Notes under the pieces: generated by a model
The model's input: the letters and a program-made list of their open reading frames with translations, nothing else
What the model was told of the DNA's origin: nothing
Databases searched by the model: none
Program-made: the position numbers and the translations under genes
Assembly: GCA_964654275.1 (NCBI GenBank)
Contig: CAZZHS010000003.1
Location: 95,688 to 159,687 of the forward strand
DNA from: an uncultured Syntrophobacteraceae bacterium
Lineage (GTDB): Bacteria > Desulfobacterota > Syntrophobacteria > Syntrophobacterales > Syntrophobacteraceae
Length of the DNA: 64,000 bases
Reading direction: 5' to 3'
Shown here: positions 1-9,963 of the stretch, in pieces
Layout: each line of letters opens with the position of its first letter
How positions within the stretch are numbered: position 1 is the stretch's first letter

Positions 1-188
1 TCATGTCTTTGTAGGTCACGGCGGTCTCCTTGTCTTCGGCACGCTCTGCTGCCGAATTGTATCGAGGTGTGAGATTGTCCTGGATCGGTCAAGCTTTTCA
101 AAGCGCAAACGGTGAAGAAATCCTTTTCGGCCGTCTGTCCCGGAAATTTCCGTCTTCCAAACGCCCGGAACTCAGGATCATCGTGCGC

Positions 189-1274
<1,086 letters not shown>

Positions 1275-1473
1275 TCAAGATAAAGTGCCTGTGGAAAATG
1301 CCCTTCGAAGAAATCCCTCCACGACGGCAGTGTCTGAAATCGCGCATCATGAGCGCTTTTGCGGATTTCTTGGAAGAAGCCGTCACCTGTCTTCCGGAAA
1401 TAGTGTTGCAAAACGCGCCGGCAACCTGGGAAGAGCCTCGGAGAAGGGTGGCGAGCTGAAATCGGTGAGGTGA

Positions 1474-1956
1474 TCAGGTCATCTCCATCTCCCCCTGACC
1501 TGAGACTTCAAGAAACACTCTGCCGGTCTGCATTTCAAGGCGGACAGTACGATTCACCTGTCCCCCCACGTGTTCTCCGAGGATGGCAACACCGTTTCGA
1601 TGGAAAATCTCTCGCAGTGCCAGGTAGTTTCGCCGTCCCACATTGAAGATCCCGTTTTCGTCCAGGATCTGAGCGCCACCGGCGACGCGGACGGCAAGGG
1701 AGCTCTTCTGAGCTCCCAGGAGGTAGCTCTGCTTGAAAAGCCAAGGAATTCCAGTGTCTGCAAACATGGCCGGCCTTTTTCGAGCCTTTTCACGATCCAT
1801 GGATGAATCGGGCAGCATGTAATGGAGCATGCCCCCGACATTTGCCTGGGAATCGTAGATGATCACCGCAATGCAGGAACCGAGGGAATAGGTGATGAGG
1901 GTCTCCCGTTTGTTGTTGCTGACCGCCATGTCGGCAACCCCGACAATTCTTCGCAT
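1474..1956 (-). CDS. cheD: Chemoreceptor glutamine deamidase CheD
   Basis: 160 aa. CheD-type N-terminus (RIVGVADMAVS, ITYSLGSCIAVIIYD with the conserved Cys). Located between cheR and cheB. Confidence 0.85.
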   Translation of the reverse strand: MRRIVGVADMAVSNNKRETLITYSLGSCIAVIIYDSQANVGGMLHYMLPDSSMDREKARKRPAMFADTGIPWLFKQSYLLGAQKSSLAVRVAGGAQILDENGIFNVGRRNYLALREIFHRNGVAILGEHVGGQVNRTVRLEMQTGRVFLEVSGQGEMEMT

Positions 1957-2029
1957 GGGTCTCTCTTCCCCGGTTGGGCTGAATCAATTTCGGGCCTGCC
2001 GGTTCGCCAAAGTCCTCGCTTCCCAAACG

Positions 2030-2986
2030 CTAAAGCCTTTTCCTGTAGACCGCCGGCCTCACGTAAGCCAGGGGGTGAGCCAGACCTGTGAGGCTCTCCG
2101 AATGGCCCACAAAAAGATAGCCTCCAGGGATCAGATATTGGCTCATCCGCTGGATGATGCTCTCTTGGGTCTTCTTATCGAAATAGATCATCACATTCCT
2201 GCAGAAGATGCAGTGAAAGGGGCCTTTGAAAGGGTAGGGGGCCTTGAGATTGAGTCGTCTGAACGAGACGATCTTTCTCAGGAGAGGCACAACCTCCCAG
2301 ACCGGTTGACCCTTCCCGTCCATCGTTTTCCTAAAGTATTTGGCTCGGCAGGCAGGAGGCACCCTCTCCATTTTGGACGGCGCATATAGTCCCCGATGCG
2401 CCGTGTTCAAAACCCTGGTGGATATGTCTGTCGCCAGAATTTTGAAATCTCGAAAAGGAAGATCGTCCACGTAATCGAGGACGGTCATGGCCAGCCCGTA
2501 AGGCTCTTCTCCCGTGGAGCACCCTGCACTCCAGAAACGAACGCGTTGAGGGTTGGTGGGCGGTCCGGCGCCGAAAATTTCAGGTAAAACCGTTTCCGAT
2601 AGAAATTCAAAGTGTTGGGATTCCCTGAAAAAGAAGGTCAGATTGGTGGAGATGCAGTCCAGGAAATGGAGGAGTTCCTCTTTGCCCTCCAATGACATCA
2701 GGTGGTCATAGTACATTTGGTAGGAGCCCAACCCTACGGTCCGGAGGCGCTTGTTGAGCCGGGCCTGCAAAAGGGCCTTCTTCCCATCGTGGAGATTGAT
2801 CCCGCATTCGTTATAGACCAGAGTGCTGAACTTGGTGAAAAGATCTTCCGACAACGCCCTTTCGGTGTGCATGTTTGATTCACTCCCAACGGCCTTTTGG
2901 CTTGAAACGGCACCCGAGGGGGCGGTTGTGAATCGCCCCATGTTGCTTTTGTTCATGGGAGTATTTCGGTTGAAAGGGTGCATCAC
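2030..2986 (-). CDS. cheR: Chemotaxis protein methyltransferase CheR
   Basis: 318-aa ORF with CheR motifs: NLTFFFRESQHFEFL, RFWSAGCSTGEEPYGLAM, IFCRNVMIYFD. The N-terminal ~40 aa are low-complexity, so the true start may be an internal Met. Confidence 0.88.
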   Translation of the reverse strand: MMHPFNRNTPMNKSNMGRFTTAPSGAVSSQKAVGSESNMHTERALSEDLFTKFSTLVYNECGINLHDGKKALLQARLNKRLRTVGLGSYQMYYDHLMSLEGKEELLHFLDCISTNLTFFFRESQHFEFLSETVLPEIFGAGPPTNPQRVRFWSAGCSTGEEPYGLAMTVLDYVDDLPFRDFKILATDISTRVLNTAHRGLYAPSKMERVPPACRAKYFRKTMDGKGQPVWEVVPLLRKIVSFRRLNLKAPYPFKGPFHCIFCRNVMIYFDKKTQESIIQRMSQYLIPGGYLFVGHSESLTGLAHPLAYVRPAVYRKRL

Positions 2987-3242
2987 TTGAAAAAATTGCG
3001 GAAATCTTCGTCGTTATGGACAGGATTTTCCTGATTTCCGGCGATGTGCCGCTCATGGCTCATGAACTTTGAGCCCGAGTCGATCACATGGAGAGCGCGT
3101 CCGACTCTGCCGAAATTCAAAGAGGGAGGGGCAGGAAAACGCATGTCCTCTCGATCTGCCGACTGGAAGAAACAGAAGTTTGGAGAACGGAAGGCAGCGA
3201 GACTTGGTCCCCAAAAAGATGTCCGAAATCTGAGGGAATTGA

Positions 3243-3722
3243 TCAAAGGTAATCGCCCCGGTTCCATTTGACGGATTCCACGTGGGCCAGGATGTTCACT
3301 TCCTCGCTCATAGACTGCAGGGGGTGCTGGATGGGGAGGGCCGACATGAGCGATTTCAATCCCGCCAGTTCATTTTGGATTCCATGGAAGTGCTCCTGGA
3401 TGCCTCTCGGGGAAATGGAAGGGTCGGCCAGGGCTTTTTCCAATCCTCCCAGGGCATCAACCACCCTCGTGAGCCCGTCCAGGGACTGGTCATCCAGCTG
3501 GTTTTGAAAGTCCAGCGCCATCATGAGGTGGGGCGGCACCTGAAAAATGGCCTGGGGGGCCATTTCGTCCAAGCTTCTTCCCAAAGCTGCGGGAAGCTGT
3601 GCGCCGCGGCATTCTTCCTGAAGAACCTTTTGAAATTCGCAAGGATCGGCGCCCTCACCCCCGGTTCTTTGGGAGTTCAAGGATTGCTCGGTACCACGAA
3701 CTGGAATGTCACCGACTTTCAT
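3243..3722 (-). CDS. Hypothetical protein (159 aa, helical, acidic), family not recognised
   Basis: The ORF track gives 3243..3842. I prefer the ATG at 3722, which follows GGAGACGAGTC. The upstream 40 codons are Arg/Ser/Pro-rich and overlap the sigma54 promoter. The composition looks coding (L/E/Q/A-rich). I recognise no motif. Confidence 0.5.
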   Translation of the reverse strand: MKVGDIPVRGTEQSLNSQRTGGEGADPCEFQKVLQEECRGAQLPAALGRSLDEMAPQAIFQVPPHLMMALDFQNQLDDQSLDGLTRVVDALGGLEKALADPSISPRGIQEHFHGIQNELAGLKSLMSALPIQHPLQSMSEEVNILAHVESVKWNRGDYL

Positions 3723-3838
3723 GACTCGTCTCCATGGTGGATTGCTGCGAGAGATTAGAGAGGCATTGACCGCCGTTGAGGCAGGACTCAGGCCACTGGG
3801 GTGGCGACGGGCTTCACGCGCCACACGGAGAAGGGTAA

Positions 3839-3853
3839 GCAAATCTTTTGCCA
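3839..3853 (-). promoter_or_regulatory. Sigma54 (RpoN) -24/-12 promoter, TGGCAAAAGATTTGC
   Basis: The minus strand reads cTGGCAAAAGATTTGCTt. GG and GC have the canonical GG-N10-GC spacing and a TTGC -12 element. It lies about 115 nt upstream of the ATG at 3722. Confidence 0.55.
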
Positions 3854-3947
3854 GGATGGTTCGATAGGCGAGATCCTCTCAGATCCAGGTTCAACCCCGG
3901 CGAAAGATCCGATCACGTTCGAGGAAGGCTTACATGGACAGGAATGC

Positions 3948-3985
3948 GGGGAAAAACTTTCCCTGCTCGAGGAAAAGTCTTCCCC
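3948..3985 (-). terminator. Imperfect 15-bp hairpin just downstream of the histidine kinase stop (possible terminator or insulator)
   Basis: GGGGAAGACTTTTCC-(loop)-GGGAAAGTTTTTCCCC on the minus strand, 14 nt after the stop at 3999. There is no clean U-tract after the stem. Confidence 0.35.
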
Positions 3986-3998
3986 ATCTCTCTTGGAA

Positions 3999-4835
3999 TC
4001 AAGGAGACACGGGCATCCTCAGGATTGCGGAAGTCTCTTTTCCATCATAAGCCAAAGCCAGTTGCACCCCATAAGGCTTCAACATGAGGCAGGTGAGGTA
4101 GAGACCCAGACCGAAGTGTTTGTGCCGCTTGCCGGAACGCCCGTACTGAGCCGGACGTCGACATTCAAACGGTGTGCACAAATTCTTTGGATCGCTTTGC
4201 ACGGAGAGACCGCACCCCGTGTCGCTGAACACGAGGACAACATCGCCATCTTCGCGATGGCAACGGATTCGCAGACTCTTCTCCCTCGAGTCACGCAAGG
4301 CAGCCAGGGCATTGTCGAGAAGGTGTATCAGGGCAGGGACGACGACGCTTCCCGGAATCTTGAGGGGAGGGATGTCGTCGTCTATTTGCAGATCGAGGGC
4401 CACATTGTGCTTGAAAAACAGGTCGGCCCTAAAGACACGGACCAGTCGCGGGAGGAGCATCCGAAGGTCCACCTCTCCACCATTTTGTTCGATGTCGTCC
4501 ACAGCGATGAAGTCCTGGAGTGTCTCGCCGAGGATATGGATCTGCTGGCTCAACTGCCGCAGCCTTTTTCTATGTCTTTCTGAGACCTCCTTCACCCTGG
4601 GATCGTCTTCTCCTGTCTCCTGGAGGATGGCCTGATCCATTTCGGCCTGACTGTTTTCGAGCATCTCCACGAGCATGGTCATGTTTTGGAGAGGCCCATT
4701 GACATTATGAATCAAACCATGAAAAAAAGCGCCCCACTGCGCAGATCGCTGCTTGTGCAGGAGGACCTCCAGGCAGGGTTCGGGAATGGCTGTCGTGTCG
4801 ATGTCTTGAACCTCGAGTTCTCGATACACTCTCAT
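3999..4835 (-). CDS. Cytoplasmic sensor histidine kinase with no recognisable input domain
   Basis: H-box FFHGLIHNVNGPL. N-box LIHLLDNALAAL. G-boxes VFSDTGCGL and FGLGLYL. No hydrophobic segment and no PAS or GAF motifs seen. Start placed at the ATG at 4835 (AAGGAAAACG upstream). The ORF is open up to the TTG at 4913. Confidence 0.8.
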   Translation of the reverse strand: MRVYRELEVQDIDTTAIPEPCLEVLLHKQRSAQWGAFFHGLIHNVNGPLQNMTMLVEMLENSQAEMDQAILQETGEDDPRVKEVSERHRKRLRQLSQQIHILGETLQDFIAVDDIEQNGGEVDLRMLLPRLVRVFRADLFFKHNVALDLQIDDDIPPLKIPGSVVVPALIHLLDNALAALRDSREKSLRIRCHREDGDVVLVFSDTGCGLSVQSDPKNLCTPFECRRPAQYGRSGKRHKHFGLGLYLTCLMLKPYGVQLALAYDGKETSAILRMPVSP

Positions 4836-5072
4836 CGTTTTCCTTCTGAACTTGATCTTTCCAGGTCGGTGCTGCACGCGTGGGAACACGATCATTCTCT
4901 CAATCGCTCCCAATTTTCCACCGGGATTGATTTCAAATCGTGCATGGCTTGGGTCGCAATCGGACTTGCCGGGAAGTGTGGCGATGGTCCCGCAATGTAC
5001 CTCAGAATGGACAGATGAAACAAGGTCCGAAGAACCTTGACTTTCCGGTCACGCTCCGGCAGTTCACAAGTT

Positions 5073-5759
5073 CTATGGCGTGCTGCGGCCAATGATGATC
5101 TCTTTGAGGCGCTTGAATTCATCGTGGCTGATGACGCGGTCTTCGAGCAATCGCTTGAGTCGCTCGATTTCAGCCAGGACTCGGGACGAATCCTCCTCGG
5201 GAGGCTGAAAAAAGGCTATGGGCAAGGTGTGACGCGGGAACACGACCATGGCAGGTTTGGCGGCCTCCACAGGCTCCGGCGGGGCTGCTTTTTTCTCTGA
5301 CGCCCCCTTCATGGCCTGCAGTTCCGAGAGTTTCTGATGTGCCTCCTCCAGTTCTTTGAGTAGCTGTGCCTTTTCTCTCAGGATGGTGATTTTTTCGATG
5401 GCGTTGCGGACGGCAACGGAAATTTCCTCGAGTTTGAAGGGTTTTTGAACGTAGTCGTATGCCCCGCGGCGTATGGCCTCAATAGCGGACTCGAGACTTC
5501 CGAAACCCGTGATGATGATGGACAGCAGATGGGGAACCAGTGCACGCGCATGAGCCAGCAGGGTCAAACCGTCCATGCGGGGCATATTCAAATCGGTGAT
5601 GAGGATGTCGAAAGCCTGAGCTTCCAATTTCTCCAGGGCCTCCACTCCATCGCAGGCCAGGATGACCTCCACACCCTCCATTGCCTCCATGGCATCTCTC
5701 AGGATTGCTCTGCAAAGGTCATCATCATCGGCAATGAGAACACGAATTTGATTTCGCAC
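5073..5759 (-). CDS. Response regulator: receiver + coiled coil + SHOCT-like C-terminal domain
   Basis: Receiver motifs IRVLIADDDD, DILITDLNMPRMDG, ITGFG and KPF. A coiled-coil linker follows. The C-terminus IERLKRLLEDRVISHDEFKRLKEIIIG matches the SHOCT pattern. Start placed at the GTG at 5759 after AAGGAGAATC. The ORF is open up to the TTG at 5810. Confidence 0.8.
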   Translation of the reverse strand: MRNQIRVLIADDDDLCRAILRDAMEAMEGVEVILACDGVEALEKLEAQAFDILITDLNMPRMDGLTLLAHARALVPHLLSIIITGFGSLESAIEAIRRGAYDYVQKPFKLEEISVAVRNAIEKITILREKAQLLKELEEAHQKLSELQAMKGASEKKAAPPEPVEAAKPAMVVFPRHTLPIAFFQPPEEDSSRVLAEIERLKRLLEDRVISHDEFKRLKEIIIGRSTP

Positions 5760-5894
5760 GATTCTCCTTTTGTGATGATCCGGGTTTGTGTCGCTGAGGG
5801 TGGTCTCCAATCTCCGGGAAACGATCCAGCACGCCGGAAGCGTATTGAGGCCTCACTACGGGAAGCATCAAATAGCTTGCCGCCATCTCCATTC

Positions 5895-6503
5895 CTATCG
5901 ACGCTTCTGGTCCCGCTGGGCCAGCAGGTCGCCAAATTGCCTTGCCAGACAATGGGCGAGCCGCCTGTATCCTGACGCATTCTCTCCCGGAAGTGTTCTC
6001 CAGAACAGATCGAGGTCGGCTCCAGGGGAGGACAGAGCCCGCTGCTGCACATACCAGAGGGTTTCGCCCGTTTCCGCATCCAGAAGCTGAACGCTCAGTG
6101 CCAGGCGAGTAGACTGGGCACCGCCTGCATCGAGCAGATCCGACACACGCCCGAGCAGAACCGCGTTGCACCCTTCACTCTGTGCTTTCAGGAGCGAGCG
6201 TTTTGAATCGCCCTGGTCTTCCGTGAGCACAAGAATCGTTGAAAAAATAGGAACTTGCAGCAATTCCCGAGCGTACGAGGTGGTCACGGTTTCCGTGACA
6301 CCCTTCAAATGGGCGGGGGCAGAAAAAGGAAGGATGGCGAGGCGCGCACCCTCATAGCGTCCAGGGTCGGCCTTCACGAACACCTCCGGATCCTCGGCAA
6401 CGGTTTGACTGGAGAGATTCATGGCGCCGCGCAGCCAGGCCTGCTGAGCGCATCCCCCGACGGAAGTCAAAGAAATGGCGATGAGCACTAGGATCTTGCG
6501 CAA
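5895..6503 (-). CDS. Lipoprotein with an LpoB/FlgO/TolB-N-like pattern (family uncertain)
   Basis: Signal peptide and lipobox: RKILVLIAISLTSVGG-C. The mature part has the pattern ARLAILPF ... CNAVLLGRVSD ... LSVQLLDAETGETLW, typical of small periplasmic/outer-membrane lipoproteins of that fold. Start placed at the TTG at 6503 (AGGAAAGG 8 nt upstream). The track ORF extends to 6686, but that would bury the signal peptide. Confidence 0.55.
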   Translation of the reverse strand: MRKILVLIAISLTSVGGCAQQAWLRGAMNLSSQTVAEDPEVFVKADPGRYEGARLAILPFSAPAHLKGVTETVTTSYARELLQVPIFSTILVLTEDQGDSKRSLLKAQSEGCNAVLLGRVSDLLDAGGAQSTRLALSVQLLDAETGETLWYVQQRALSSPGADLDLFWRTLPGENASGYRRLAHCLARQFGDLLAQRDQKRR

Positions 6504-6813
6504 ATGTCCGACCTTTCCTGCACGCGTGGGACTCGCATCAACTAAAAGGCCATCGGAGTGGTGTCGGGAACATGACGGCACCCTGGATGTTTTTTCTTGA
6601 AAGAGCCTGTTGGAAACTTGGTTGACTCCCTGGGAGCACGACCCAGGAAGGGCCAGGGAAAAGCGGGCCGGAGCTGCTGTTCTCACGTGTCGCGAACCCC
6701 GGCCACGTGGTTGTTTTGGACATGTGGAGGCTTTTCAGGCCGTTTCTAAAGACCGGTGTGACCGGGTGACAGAAACACACGAGAATCTGAAATCGTGATG
6801 TGCATATGGAGAT

Positions 6814-6829
6814 TGCAAACAATTTGCCA
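6814..6829 (-). promoter_or_regulatory. Sigma54 (RpoN) -24/-12 promoter, TGGCAAATTGTTTGCA
   Basis: The minus strand reads aTGGCAAATTGTTTGCAa, an exact GG-N10-GC spacing with a TTGCA -12 element. It lies in an AT-rich divergent intergenic region, pointing toward the lipoprotein/regulator/kinase genes. Confidence 0.6.
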
Positions 6830-7132
6830 TAAATCCCTTCAAATCGTTCAACTTTAGAAACACTGAAGCAGTAAATCTATCGGCAGGTTGGAGGCAGATC
6901 TTCAATTTTATTTCTTCCCCTGGAGAGGGGCACCCCGCGTGTGCATTTTTCCACGTCAGCAGTGCTGCTTGAACAGCGAGTTTGGCACCGACCTCAGAGC
7001 TCGAAGCTTTTGGGAGCTCGCCCTGAAGAAATTTTTTATGTTTTTCACTCGCGACGCCGATTCAATCCAACAAGACAGGGTGATGCATCGGATTTTCACG
7101 GCTTGGACATCTACTCACAGGAGCGCTTTGAT

Positions 7133-7543
7133 ATGGAAGCACGTATCTCAGAGATCAAACCCCTCATGGCGGACGCATGGGGCCGGCAACAGCAGATGGG
7201 TAGCCAGACGGCCGAGGTCCGGCAAATTAAGCCCGTTCCCAGGAACGAAGGGGGAGGGCTCAGCCAGTTGGACAGCAATAAAAAAGAGGCCCAGGGCTCT
7301 CAGGGAAAAAACGAGGTGAAACGCGACGATCTGGAAAATCTGGTCAAGGATGTGGAGGACTATCTCACCCAGATGCGCGTGGATCTGAGCTTCAAACTTC
7401 ACGAGGGCACCGGCGAAGTCGTGGTGCAGGTGATCAGCGAGAAGACCGGAGAAGTCGTTCGACAGCTTCCACCGGAAGAGGTCCTCGAACTCAGAGAGAA
7501 GCTGAAGGACTTGCGGGGTGTTCTCTTCGACGGGAAGATTTGA
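7133..7543 (+). CDS. flaG: Flagellar protein FlaG
   Basis: The C-terminal half (DLSFKLHEGTGEVVVQVISEKTGEVVRQLPPEEVLELREKLKDLRGVLFD) is the typical FlaG domain. Start placed at the ATG at 7133 after CAGGAGCG. The track ORF starts at 6941 with implausible sequence. Confidence 0.8.
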   Translation: MEARISEIKPLMADAWGRQQQMGSQTAEVRQIKPVPRNEGGGLSQLDSNKKEAQGSQGKNEVKRDDLENLVKDVEDYLTQMRVDLSFKLHEGTGEVVVQVISEKTGEVVRQLPPEEVLELREKLKDLRGVLFDGKI

Positions 7544-7676
7544 TGCGTTTTGGATCAGAATGGTTTGATGTGACCTGCTCCCCCGGAAAGGAAGATCTGC
7601 GAACCAGGGGTCCCAGTGCCCCCCGTGATTCGGCGGTCTCACTTTCCAGCACTGGAGCCATGGAAAGGCAGTCTCC

Positions 7677-9623
7677 ATGTGCGGCATAGTCGGAGTGTAT
7701 CACCCCTTCGGTCTGAACCCTGAGCAGAGTGTGGTGCGCGGAATGGCCGACGCCATTCGTCATCGGGGTCCGGACGAAGAGGGGTTTTATTTTGCGCCGA
7801 AGGTCCACCTTGGATCTCGCCGTCTGAGCATCATCGACGTTCCGGCCGGCCCCCAGCCAGTCTTCAGCGAGGACGGAAAGAGCTGTATCGTCTTCAACGG
7901 AGAAGTGTACAATCACGCGGCTCTCAGGCGGGAGCTGCAGGCAGCGGGAGTGCGATTTCGCACTCAAACGGACACGGAGGTGGTCCTCAACGCGTATCTG
8001 ACCTGGGGCACTCGATGTCTGGAGCGTTTCAGAGGCATGTTCGCCTTTTGCATCTGGAACGAAGAGCAGGAAGAACTGTTGTTGGTCCGAGACCGTTTCG
8101 GGATCAAACCTCTATACTATGTCGAACTTCCCGGCGGCACCTTTTTGATGGGATCGGAAATCAAAGCCATCCTCGCGCACCCTGCCGTGGAACCGCAAAT
8201 CCACCCACAGGCTGTCGACAGCCTTTTCACTTTTGGGTTCAACGTGGCACCGCGCACGTTTTTCCAGGACATTCGCCAGCTTCCCCCCGGGCATTTTCTG
8301 ACCCTCTCCTCGCGAGGGAAACGATTGTGCGCTTACTGGGACCTCGACGGGCAAACGGGAGTTTCAACAGAATCCGACCTTGAACTCCTCGACCAATTCC
8401 GAAACAAATTGGAGGAAGTGGTCCAGCTGGGAATGGTTTCGGATGTTCCCGTGGGCGTTTACCTCAGCGGCGGCATCGACTCGAGCACCATCGCTTCGCT
8501 CGCCTCCCGATTATCGGAACGTCCCCTCAGGACCCTCTCCATCACTTTCGAGGAGGCGGAGTACGACGAGCGTGAGTTTTCACTCCTGGTGGCGAACAGC
8601 CTGGGAGCTCGACACCATGAATTCCAGTGTTCCGTCGAGGAAGAAGATGTCGTGGGGATGACCCGCGCTTTGGAAAACCCGATTGTTTCGCTGCTCCATT
8701 TGCCACTCTTTCTGCTGTCGCGGAAGGCCCGGGAACTGGGTCTCAAAGTGGTCCTCACAGGGGATGGCTCGGATGAGATCATGGGGGGGTATGACTACTT
8801 CCAGCAACTCAAATGCATGCAATTCATGCAGCGCGGTGGTGGCGGAAGCTGGCGGCGAAACATTTTGAGGCGCCTTTATCCTCTCCTTCAGACCAGTCGC
8901 CAGCTGGATTTGATGCAGGCCCACCTGCAGCGGACGGGGGCAGGCTTTCCGCTGAGGCATCCTGCCATGCCTTACCGATATCGCGCCTTTCAATTCAAAG
9001 AACAGCTCTATTCCGAGGATTTTGTGGACAGGCTCTCTCCCCTCCTGCCGAAAGACATGTACATGGGCAACGTGGAGAGCTTCCGGAGCAGGGATCTCTT
9101 CGACCAGGCCGTCTACCTGGAGACAAAACTGCGCCTCCTCAATCTCACGCTTCCCCTGGCAGACAAGATGGGCATGGCCCATTCGATCGAGGTGCGTCCT
9201 CTCTTCCTGGACCACGAATTGGTGGAACTCCTTTTTCGGATCCCCTCTCACCTCAAGATGCAGGGGCTCAACGAAAAGTTTCTGCTCAAGGAGGCCACGA
9301 AAGGCATCATACCCGAAGCGGTTCGCCTTCGAAGAAAACAACCCTTCAACCCTCCCGCCCCATGGTTTCTCAAGAGCATGGAGGACCTGGTGAGAGAAAC
9401 CCTCATCCCTCCCAGAATAAAGGATGCAGGCTTCTTTGAGCCACGATTTGTTCAGGACGTCGTTGCACACTTCTACAAGGGAGCTTCTCCCGATGTTTCA
9501 GGGCTTGTTGTGGTGATCTTCTTTGTCCAGCTGTGGTACAAGGTGATGGTCGAAAACAAACGGAAACACTCCGTACGAGAGCATTCCGAGTTCGCCCCTG
9601 TCGCAAAGCTTCTGGCCTGTTGA
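7677..9623 (+). CDS. Asparagine synthase (glutamine-hydrolysing) family amidotransferase
   Basis: 648 aa. N-terminal MCGIVG Ntn-glutaminase nucleophile. SGGIDSS PP-loop in the synthetase domain. It may be a paralog rather than the housekeeping asnB. Confidence 0.9.
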   Translation: MCGIVGVYHPFGLNPEQSVVRGMADAIRHRGPDEEGFYFAPKVHLGSRRLSIIDVPAGPQPVFSEDGKSCIVFNGEVYNHAALRRELQAAGVRFRTQTDTEVVLNAYLTWGTRCLERFRGMFAFCIWNEEQEELLLVRDRFGIKPLYYVELPGGTFLMGSEIKAILAHPAVEPQIHPQAVDSLFTFGFNVAPRTFFQDIRQLPPGHFLTLSSRGKRLCAYWDLDGQTGVSTESDLELLDQFRNKLEEVVQLGMVSDVPVGVYLSGGIDSSTIASLASRLSERPLRTLSITFEEAEYDEREFSLLVANSLGARHHEFQCSVEEEDVVGMTRALENPIVSLLHLPLFLLSRKARELGLKVVLTGDGSDEIMGGYDYFQQLKCMQFMQRGGGGSWRRNILRRLYPLLQTSRQLDLMQAHLQRTGAGFPLRHPAMPYRYRAFQFKEQLYSEDFVDRLSPLLPKDMYMGNVESFRSRDLFDQAVYLETKLRLLNLTLPLADKMGMAHSIEVRPLFLDHELVELLFRIPSHLKMQGLNEKFLLKEATKGIIPEAVRLRRKQPFNPPAPWFLKSMEDLVRETLIPPRIKDAGFFEPRFVQDVVAHFYKGASPDVSGLVVVIFFVQLWYKVMVENKRKHSVREHSEFAPVAKLLAC

Positions 9624-9963
9624 TGCTGAAGTGACCGTCCCGACTCCTCTCTGAAATGCTCACTCGCCCCGGTGGCGCTTCCCGATCCTGCCACGGCACC
9701 CAACCCCGCCTGTCCAGTTTTTTTTAGCCTGCTTCACAAGCCTGGGAGACCCGGACGATCCGGCAACAGAAATGCATCAATGCATCGCTCAGTGTTTGAA
9801 AATTGACAGAGCGCCGGTCGACAACGACGATACCGTTGGAGGCAGGGTTTGCGCCCTGCACGAGGAAGGACACGTCCGGTCGCCAGGCGCGAAGCCGCTG
9901 AAAAGGGGGAGGGGGTCACGTGAAGATGGAACCGGGCGGTTTACCGGGAGTTTGCCTGCAACC

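Noticed and set aside
1-19. Possible start of another minus-strand gene (AGGAGACCGCC-GTG at 19) downstream of cheB
   Set aside because: Only about 6 codons lie inside the window, so it cannot be supported as a feature. It is mentioned because it bears on whether the che cluster continues.
4951-4967. Third sigma54-like element (CGGCAAGTCCGATTGC on the minus strand) upstream of the histidine kinase
   Set aside because: The GG-to-GC spacing is one nucleotide too long and the -24 T is missing. RpoN promoters tolerate almost no spacing change.
6538-6822. 94-aa minus-strand ORF in the leader downstream of the first sigma54 promoter
   Set aside because: It starts inside the promoter element. It is Trp/Pro/Ser-rich and has no RBS. 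I kept it only as a note because the ~300-nt leader is otherwise unexplained.
7040-7062. Sigma28 promoter for flaG (GCCGATTC at 7055-7062)
   Set aside because: The -10 is reasonable but no TAAA-type -35 sits at the required distance. The evidence is too weak to list.
6941-7132. Upstream extension of flaG (and ORF 6888..7319)
   Set aside because: The composition is implausible and it lies in the AT-rich divergent promoter region. A good RBS precedes the ATG at 7133, giving a normal FlaG length.
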